The position numbers and the translations under genes were made by a program. 64,000 nucleotides of DNA from Candidatus Helarchaeota archaeon (GTDB lineage: Archaea; Asgardarchaeota; Lokiarchaeia; Helarchaeales; RDOG01): contig JAHPZH010000002.1 in the NCBI GenBank assembly GCA_019058315.1, positions 512,001 to 576,000 of the forward strand. The letters run 5' to 3'. Under the pieces are notes generated by a model that was not told the origin of the DNA, did not search any database, and saw only the letters and a program-made list of their open reading frames with translations. Positions 30,545 through 38,900 of the stretch are shown in pieces (position 1 is the stretch's first letter; the number at the start of each line of letters is the position of its first letter).

Positions 30545-31255
30545 ATGATACAAATAGCTGCTTGTGCTGATATTCATTCTCCAAAATATATAGAAGAATT
30601 CGAAAATTCTCTTAAAAAAATCAAAATACAAATTGATCTCTTTTTATTTGCAGGGGATTTAATTCTAAAGGGAAAATATGAAGAAATATATAAATTAATA
30701 GGCATTTTAGATAAATATGAAATAACAAATATCTATTCTGTCTTTGGTAATGAAGAATATGATACGCTTTATGACAAGATCCTTGAATTAGCTGCTGATA
30801 AAATTACTTTTTTAAAAGATCAAACAAAATTATTAAAGATAAAAAATAAAAGTGTCGGTATTGTCGGAACAAAGGGGTCATTAGATCGACCTACGTTTTG
30901 GCAAGCAAAGAATATCCCTGATATTTCTAAAACTTACACTGATAGAATTTTTAAAATAGAAGAGCTTTTAAAAAATTTAAAGACTGATTTTAAAATATTT
31001 CTCTCACATTATGCTCCTACTTTCTTGACTTTAAGTGGTGAGAAAAAATCTGCATTTCCTTCTATTGGATCTAAACGATTTGAACCTATTTTAAAAAAAT
31101 ATCCCCCTGATATTGTTATTCATGGTCATTCTCATATTGGAAGGAAATTTGCTTATTTGGGTTCGATTCCTATTTATAATGTAGCATTTCCACTTAGAAG
31201 AGCAGTAACTATGATTAAATTACCCACAAGAGGTTCGTTATTAAGCTATTTTTAG
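30545..31255 (+). CDS. Calcineurin-like metallophosphoesterase
   Basis: ADIH, AGDL, FGNEE, SHYAP, HGHSH. Confidence 0.9.
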   Translation: MIQIAACADIHSPKYIEEFENSLKKIKIQIDLFLFAGDLILKGKYEEIYKLIGILDKYEITNIYSVFGNEEYDTLYDKILELAADKITFLKDQTKLLKIKNKSVGIVGTKGSLDRPTFWQAKNIPDISKTYTDRIFKIEELLKNLKTDFKIFLSHYAPTFLTLSGEKKSAFPSIGSKRFEPILKKYPPDIVIHGHSHIGRKFAYLGSIPIYNVAFPLRRAVTMIKLPTRGSLLSYF

Positions 31256-32224
31256 TTAATTTTGTAACGTTCTTCTTTCAATTAATTTTTGTCCCACGTG
31301 TCTAAACAAATTTGTTACATTATCCCCTGTTTTTGCGGAAGTTTCAAAATATTCAAAACCTAATTCATCAGCCTTTTGTTTTCCTTCTTCTGGAGAAATA
31401 TTTCTTTCGGTTTGTAAATCTTTTTTATTTCCAACTAGTAAAAATACACCATTTTTATTCCCATATTGATGTATCTCATCTAACCAGTAGTCAACTTTTC
31501 GAAATGAATCTCTATCCGAAAGATCGAATAAAATTAAGAAGGATTGAGTATTTGGATAATAAACCTTACGAAGGCTTTTAAAAGAATTTTGTCCTGAAAC
31601 ATCCCAAGCAGTAAATGAAAAGTTAGTATGAGAATTATATTCAAAAGTATATCTTTTTATGTCGACACCTAAAGTAGGTTTATAATTCGATTCAAATCTA
31701 TCTTCAACAAATCTATTTAATAAGGAGGTCTTTCCTACTCCTGAACTTCCAACAATTACAGTTTTATAAAGAAATTTCTTTCTAGGTTTTATTTTTTCTT
31801 TTATCTCTTTTTTTGATAGTTCAGGTGTTTGATATTTTATCCAGTCTTCGTATTTGAACTCCATATCTAATATACCTGAAAATGGTTGAAATCTATCGAT
31901 ATCTAAATCCCAGTTTTCAAGATTTCCAAAAATTTTAAGAAATTTATTACCAACTGCACTCATATATTCTCTCATTTGACTAATTTCATCCGATCGTTCA
32001 CAACCAGCCACGATCAAAATTTCTCCAAAGTTCATGTAAATAAATTTTGCATCCTTTAAAGAAATACTGTCAATTTCACCCTTTCCACTTTCTTTAGCAA
32101 ACGTATCAAGTGCAATAAAAAATCCAGAAATTAAATCTTCTCCCATTTGAATAGTAGAGTTTCCAAAATTTTTATGGAATAAATTTTCCCCGCTATTTTT
32201 AATAATCCATATATTGTTAATCAT
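31256..32224 (-). CDS. Longin domain fused to a Rab-like small GTPase
   Basis: N-terminal NIWII..SG..LF...LISGFF.AL..FA (longin). GTPase motifs: G1 GSSGVGKT, G2 PTLGVD, G3 WDVSGQ, G4 GNKKD, G5 ETSAK. Confidence 0.9.
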   Translation of the reverse strand: MINNIWIIKNSGENLFHKNFGNSTIQMGEDLISGFFIALDTFAKESGKGEIDSISLKDAKFIYMNFGEILIVAGCERSDEISQMREYMSAVGNKFLKIFGNLENWDLDIDRFQPFSGILDMEFKYEDWIKYQTPELSKKEIKEKIKPRKKFLYKTVIVGSSGVGKTSLLNRFVEDRFESNYKPTLGVDIKRYTFEYNSHTNFSFTAWDVSGQNSFKSLRKVYYPNTQSFLILFDLSDRDSFRKVDYWLDEIHQYGNKNGVFLLVGNKKDLQTERNISPEEGKQKADELGFEYFETSAKTGDNVTNLFRHVGQKLIERRTLQN

Positions 32225-32854
32225 TTCAAATTGTCCCTTCTAATGAATAAAAATCGGAGCCATTTATGTCATATTTAGGATTTTATGATAATTAAGGTTA
32301 CTAATTTCACATAATACCCGTTTCATTTAAAAAACTATTGTGGGAAAATTAGAAATAAATACAAAAAATATTGTGAAATTCTTAAATATTTAATAAAAAC
32401 ATTGTAAATTTTAAATAGACCATTAGAGAATCTTAAAAATTGATAAATATTTTTGTGAATTTCGAAAAAAAAGCTTGATATTAAAAAAAAAATCTACTTA
32501 AATATTTTTATTTCTATTCCTTTCAAATAAGCCTATTCATCTTTTTAATTCAAATTTGGGAGAAAAGATATATAAGACCATATATAATTAAAGCTTGAAT
32601 ATTATTCTCATATTTAAATGATAATAATAAATTAAATCAACAAGATTGGAAATTTTTATATGAAAATATCAATGTAGAAAACTATTTTAATAACAAAAGA
32701 TTATGAGATATTTAGAGGAATGATAAATAAAATTTTTTAAATAACCCCGAATTAATTATCAAATCTTTTATAATTCAGAATTAATTTCAAAATTTTTTTA
32801 ATTAATGAAAAATATCATTCTATATTTGACGAATTATCTTACATTGGTGTTTAA

Positions 32855-34759
32855 ATGAAGGAGGAATCGAAAGAAAATTCATTAAAATTAACTTCAGAAG
32901 AGACTTTAAAATCATATGGTTTAGATGCGAATAGTATTAATACGTATTTCAACTTAACTGGGAGAGGTCCCGTTGCTATAGGGGAAATTAACATTTTAAC
33001 TGGATTATCGACTGAAGAGGTCCAGAAAATTATCGATGTATTGCTCGAGAAGGGTCTAGTTAGAAGTATTCCTTCTATTGTTCCTAGATATGAAGCACTT
33101 CCCCCATATATGGTGCTATTACAACAGTTAAATGATTTTCAGGATTTCGTTAGAAATCTTCAATCAGGTTCATCAAGTTCATTAGGCATTCAATTAAAGA
33201 AAGTACAGGATAGTATTGATAAAATTAAACAATTAAAAGATTTTCAAAACTCTCTAAATGAAGTTAGAGATAGTGTACCTAAATCTATAAATGATCAATT
33301 AAAGAAATTTGAAGATCAAATTAGTGAATTTACACATTTAGAGAAAATTCGTTCTTTTATTCATCAAACCGAATCCGATATGACAAAATCGTTAGAAGAA
33401 CAATTTGGCGATTTTGAAGAAAAGTCAGATACACAAATACTGAAACAATTTACAGAATTTGAAAATTTTATGAATGAAATAAAAATGAAATTTATGCAAG
33501 ATTTGCAGATTCAATTTGGTAATTTTATGGGACAATTTGGTAGATTAATGGATAGTTTCATGAGCTTTTCTCAATTTATCGTTAATACTAGTGAAATGAC
33601 ACCTGATCTTCTACGAAAGGAATTTAAAAAATTTGAAGACCAAGTTCAAGGTTTAAAATCAAAAATATCTCAGGAATTTGAAACTCGATTCAAAATGAAG
33701 GCCTTTAAGCAATTTATAGAAAATTTTGTTCAGGATATTGTAATCAAAGAATTTAATTCCATTCGTGAAAGTTTTCAAGATGATGTTATTAAAGTAACTG
33801 CTTCAACTTTTTCAAGAATTGAAGAACAAACTGAAAATATTTCAGGAAATATGTTAACAGAAATTGATAATTTAAAATCATTATTTAGTGAAAAAATTGT
33901 CCAAGGTGTAGAAAATAATGTTAATAATATAGATAGTCAAATGAAAAGCATATCAAATGCTGTTAAAACTCAACTTATAACTCTTGAAGAACTATTTAGA
34001 AAGGGAATTATTAACAAATTACAAGAAAATATGCAAGAAGCAGAAAAAAAGATTGATGGCTCAACTCAAAGCATTACCGACGATCTTAAAGTTTGGCTAA
34101 CAGAAAGTCTTGGCAAAAATATCCGCGAAAATTTAATTCACACTCTTAATAATCTTGATAAACAATTAAGTACATCATCAAGTGATATTTTAGATATTTT
34201 TACAAATTTAGAGAATATTTTTAGAGAAAATATAATTAACTCCCTTCAAGAAGTATTAAAGTCAATTGAGCAAAGAATTGAACTTTCAGAGAAGACTATG
34301 AAAGATTTTTGGCAAATTGCTAAAGAAAAAGCTGTCTTTAAATTTGAAGATATTTGGTTTGTTCGTGGCAGGGAAGGAATGATCGCTCAAATAAATGAAT
34401 TAATAAATCATACAAAAGCAAGAATTCTAATTGTAGCACCAAATTTAGAGGACATTGATGTGACTTCTCTTAAGAATTTATCATCACATATAAATGTCCG
34501 AATAGCTGCAAAAATAAATTTGGACAAACCTACATGTAAAGATATATTGAACCAACTCCAAAAATTTTCAAATATTGAGTTAAGAAACTATATTAAAAAA
34601 GATCTTTGGGGAGCAGTAAAAGATGGAGAGGAAATCGTTATAGGAGTAGCCTCTGAGAAAGAAGTTGCTGGAATGGCTTCTATTTTAATAGATCATGTCC
34701 GTATGTTTCTAAATCCTCTCGAAAATGCTTGGCTAATTGGAAAAAAACAATGGCAGTGA
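32855..34759 (+). CDS. TrmB-type wHTH, long helical/coiled-coil insert, TrmB C-terminal (PLD-like fold) domain
   Basis: LKSYGL...Y..L...G...EI...GL....V..L.EKGLV.....P.YEALPP, then roughly 400 aa of amphipathic helical sequence, then IWFVRGREG...ILIVAP...DGEEIV. Confidence 0.8.
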   Translation: MKEESKENSLKLTSEETLKSYGLDANSINTYFNLTGRGPVAIGEINILTGLSTEEVQKIIDVLLEKGLVRSIPSIVPRYEALPPYMVLLQQLNDFQDFVRNLQSGSSSSLGIQLKKVQDSIDKIKQLKDFQNSLNEVRDSVPKSINDQLKKFEDQISEFTHLEKIRSFIHQTESDMTKSLEEQFGDFEEKSDTQILKQFTEFENFMNEIKMKFMQDLQIQFGNFMGQFGRLMDSFMSFSQFIVNTSEMTPDLLRKEFKKFEDQVQGLKSKISQEFETRFKMKAFKQFIENFVQDIVIKEFNSIRESFQDDVIKVTASTFSRIEEQTENISGNMLTEIDNLKSLFSEKIVQGVENNVNNIDSQMKSISNAVKTQLITLEELFRKGIINKLQENMQEAEKKIDGSTQSITDDLKVWLTESLGKNIRENLIHTLNNLDKQLSTSSSDILDIFTNLENIFRENIINSLQEVLKSIEQRIELSEKTMKDFWQIAKEKAVFKFEDIWFVRGREGMIAQINELINHTKARILIVAPNLEDIDVTSLKNLSSHINVRIAAKINLDKPTCKDILNQLQKFSNIELRNYIKKDLWGAVKDGEEIVIGVASEKEVAGMASILIDHVRMFLNPLENAWLIGKKQWQ

Positions 34760-34808
34760 AGCCTATCCCAATTTAAAGTTCTCGATTTCAGAATAAGTCT
34801 TATTGAAC

Positions 34809-35900
34809 TTAGCTATAATTTTTTTCCAATAGTTCAAAGTGCTTTACAGCAAGAGGTCTATCTAATTTTCGAAGTCTAAGTAAATTTCTGATATTTTCAA
34901 GTAAATAACTTGGAAAAAAGGTTTGGAACTTAATATCACTTGTTAATAATGTCCATTTTTTTAATTTATGGTCTTTAAACTCAGCAAAAATGTTCATTCT
35001 CAATAAATTTTGGTATACATCTTCAATTTCTTCTTTATCAAAATCTGAATGCTTTGAAATTTCTTCAGTGAGTATTGGTTGTTTTCGTAGTATTGAAATT
35101 AAATCATAATATATAGGATTTGTAATAATTTCAGCTAACCTTTCGATGTCTCTTGAGGAAGGTGTATATGCTTTAAAATATTCTATAAGATATTGAATGT
35201 AATCATTAGCCATAACAGAGGAAAATTTTTTTGACTGAACTTTTGAGATAATATCATATGGCGGAAACCGAGTCCCATAAAAATCGCGAATTAAGAAGAC
35301 ATTTTCAACTCTTCCTTTCTTAATAAAATCTCTAATAATTAAATTGCCTCTTATCAAATGGGATAATAAACTATCCATATTGGAAATGGTCTCTCCAAGT
35401 TCTTTTTCTAGTCTATCTTTTAGATCCATTATTGTTAATGGCCCTTCTTTAAGGATTTCAAAAAGCTTATTCAATTTATAATCTTTTAGAATAAATGCAT
35501 AAATTTGTTCCTGAGTTAATTTACTGGATTTAACTATATACAAGAAAGTTTTTGACAAAATATCTTTAAATTTCTCTGTTCCAACATTTGAAATAATATT
35601 ATTCACTGATTCTAATAGTGGATCTTCAAACCAATTTGTATCTTCATCAATATCTAATAAAATAGCAATTGCATATTGAGTTTGGACATCAATTCCTGTA
35701 AAATAACTCAAAACATTATCTGCACCTGATAATTTAATGGATAATAATCCTGGTCTTCCTTCTCCCATTGCATGTGATGTATAGATTCTCATAATTTCAT
35801 CTTGTTCAATTTTAAGATCTTCGGGATATTTTGAATCTAATATAACTCCTTCTTTATCGTCCCATTTTATAACTGCTATTCCTTTAGGGATTTTAATCAC
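34809..35900 (-). CDS. uDENN/longin-like N-terminal domain with winged-helix-like C-terminal regions
   Basis: GIAVIKWDDKEGVILDSKYP resembles the hhhh.F/WD...GP.....P start of DENN/NPRL-type longins. Later segments LFEILKEGPLTI.DL and LISILRKQPI..EEI are wHTH-like. Confidence 0.6.
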   Translation of the reverse strand: MIKIPKGIAVIKWDDKEGVILDSKYPEDLKIEQDEIMRIYTSHAMGEGRPGLLSIKLSGADNVLSYFTGIDVQTQYAIAILLDIDEDTNWFEDPLLESVNNIISNVGTEKFKDILSKTFLYIVKSSKLTQEQIYAFILKDYKLNKLFEILKEGPLTIMDLKDRLEKELGETISNMDSLLSHLIRGNLIIRDFIKKGRVENVFLIRDFYGTRFPPYDIISKVQSKKFSSVMANDYIQYLIEYFKAYTPSSRDIERLAEIITNPIYYDLISILRKQPILTEEISKHSDFDKEEIEDVYQNLLRMNIFAEFKDHKLKKWTLLTSDIKFQTFFPSYLLENIRNLLRLRKLDRPLAVKHFELLEKNYS

Positions 35901-35918
35901 TTCCTTAATTTAATTAAT

Positions 35919-38900
35919 TTATTTCTTTTTACCTGCTTTTTTTTCCATTTTTCCAAAACCTTTTTTCTTACCAGTTAAAGGTATTAAAATTTCATTCTGG
36001 AATTTTTCAAAATCTTTTTCGACTAACCCAGAAATTAGATCTGTTCTGGAGCCAACTTCAAATGGTTTAACGGTCTTTTTCTTTTTAATATTCTTAATTG
36101 CCTTTCGCATTCTCCTTACAATCACCGGATATCTAAAATGTCTATACCAAGCCATATATACCGATAATCCTGCAATTGCGCCTACCATAGGAATTATTAT
36201 CATTGCTAATAATGGCCTAATATCTTCTGGTGGGAAAAATAGTGGTGGCTGTTCTTTTCCAGGTTCTTGTGGTGGAAGTTGAACAACAAGATAAATTATT
36301 ATATTTAAAGCTGTATAATTTTCTTTGAATGCTGAAATAGTAATATCATATGTTTTTGTTGTCATAGGGGCATCCATTGTAAATTCATATGTCCCATCTA
36401 GATTATCGGTTAAATTTCCTTCTCCTCTTACCCAATAGTATGTTACTGTGGCGTTCTTTATGAACTCTATCCAACCCGTTGAAGAATTATCAACCTCAAA
36501 AGTAACTCTAATCGTGAAACTACTTCCAGGTGTAACATTTAATATATTATATTCAGCTGTCAGAATGGTTGGTATGTTAAAAATTTTTAATAAAAATGTA
36601 TCAGTTTTTATTTTATAACCTAAATTAGAACCGTTAGCTTTAACAAATATATAATAAACACCAATACCAAGATTACTTGTATTTAAATTTAAATAGTAGA
36701 AACCAGAGCTATTATAATTAAAACCACCAGCACCTAATGAATCCTCACTATAGGTAATATTTGCGTTTTCAATTGGTTTGCCACTTGAATCATTATAATA
36801 TAATTTCAATGTAATATTTTGTTTTAAATAAGTGTCATCAAGATCTTCTAATATAAGAGTTGCATCTATAAGTTCAATAAATATACTAATAGGGATTGAA
36901 GCATTTGCATAATTTGACTTATTTGCGGTAATATAAATCAAAAATGTTCCTACTCGACCAAAGATCGAAGTATTAAAGGTAAGATTATAAATTCCAGATG
37001 AAGAAATCTCAAAGTAAGAATAATTACTTAAAGACCAGTATTGTGCTCCAAACTCGAAGCTAACAGATAGATTTGCATCAGAAATTAATGTATTATTATC
37101 AGTATCACCATATGAAATTAGAATTGAAATATTAGATCTAAATTCAACAGGATCTGGTTGAATATAACTGAGATTTGTAAATATATTGTGAATATTTATT
37201 GATATGTAAATTTCTCTTGTTTCATATTTCGACTTACTTGCATTAATTTTCAAAGTGTAGGTTCCAATTGTTTTTGATGTCGAATTTAAAGTTATTGTAT
37301 ATTTTCCTGATCCCACCTCTTGAATTGTATAATAACCCAAGTCCCAATTACATTGAATAGTAGCATTTGAAATCCCTTGTGTTGAAGTTTCATTATAAAA
37401 TATTTCTATAGTTTCATTTCTTCCCCAAGGAACAAATACTCCACCTACTTGAGGGGATGTGAGCGTTGTACTTCTATCGACAACAAAAATACTAATGGGA
37501 TTTGTAGCATTAGCATAATTTGCTTTATATGCGGTTACATAGATCACATATGTTCCTCCACCTCCAAAAATGGAAGTATTAAAGGTAAGATTATAAGTTC
37601 CAGATGGAGAAATCTCAAAGTAAGAATAATTATTTAAAGGCCAATATTGAGCACCCAGTTCAAAGCTAACCGTAATATTTGCATTTGATATTAATGTACC
37701 ATTATCTATATCTCCATATTCAAGTTGAATAGTAATATTTCTATCTATTCCAACGGGACTGGGTTGAATGTAAGTTAAATTTGTATATATATTACGGATA
37801 TTTATTGAAATAAAAATTTCCTTTGTTTCATATTTTGCCTTACTTGCATTAATTTTTAACGTATAAGTCCCAATCGTTTTTATTGTTGTATTTAAAGTTA
37901 TATTATATTGACCAAAACCCACTTCTTGAATGGTATAATAACCCGAGTTCCAATTACATTTTACAGTTGCATTCGAAATCCCTGGTCCAAGTGATTCATT
38001 ATAATAAACATCTATAGTTACATTTCTTCCCGAAGGAACGAATAGACCCCCTATCTGAGGAGAGGTGAGCGTTGAAGTTCTATCGCCAACAAAGATACTA
38101 ATAGGGGTTGTAGCGTTCGCATAATTTGATTTATTTGCTGTGACATAAATCACATAAGTCCCTCCACCACCAAAAACCGAGGTATTAAACGTGAGGTTAT
38201 AAGTTCCTGGGGAAATCTCTTGATAGGAGAAATTATTTAGAGGCCAATATTGGGCATCAAAATCAGAGCTGACAGTGATGTTTGCACCTGAAATTAACGT
38301 GCCGTTATCAATATCTCCATATGTAAGTTGAATAGTAACGTTTCTATCTATTCCTATAGGGCTGGGCTGAACATATGTGATATTTGTATATATATTGCGG
38401 ATATTTATTGATATGAAAATTTCTTGACCTATATATTTCAACTTACTTGCATTAATTTTTAACGTGTAGGTTCCAATCGTCTTTACTGTTGTATTTAAAA
38501 TTATTCTATATTGCCCTGAGCCCATCTCTTGAATGATGTAGTAGCCTGCGTCCCAATCACATTTTACCGTTGCATTAGAAATCCCTAAGCCAAGTGATTC
38601 ATTATAATTAACATCTATGGTAATATTTTTTCCCCAAGGAACGAACAGCCCACCTATCTGAGGAGAAGTGAGAGTCGTACTCCTATCGCTAACAAAGATA
38701 CTAATAGGGGTTGTAGCGTTCGCATAATTTGATTTATTTGCTGTGACATAGATCACATAAGTCCCTCCACCACCAAAAACCGAGGTGTTAAACGTGAGGT
38801 TATAAGTTCCTAGGGAAATCTCTTGATAGGAGAAATTATTTAAAGACCAATATTGAGCACCAAGATCAGAGCTGACAGTGATGTTTGCACCTGAAATTAA

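Noticed and set aside
32225-32854. Long AT-rich intergenic region as a replication origin or ncRNA
   Set aside because: No ORB-like repeats, adjacent cdc6 gene or structured GC-rich segment is visible, so it is best explained as a divergent promoter region.
34330-34759. Active PLD-family nuclease in the TrmB-like protein
   Set aside because: There is no HxK(x4)D motif; the similarity is fold-level only.
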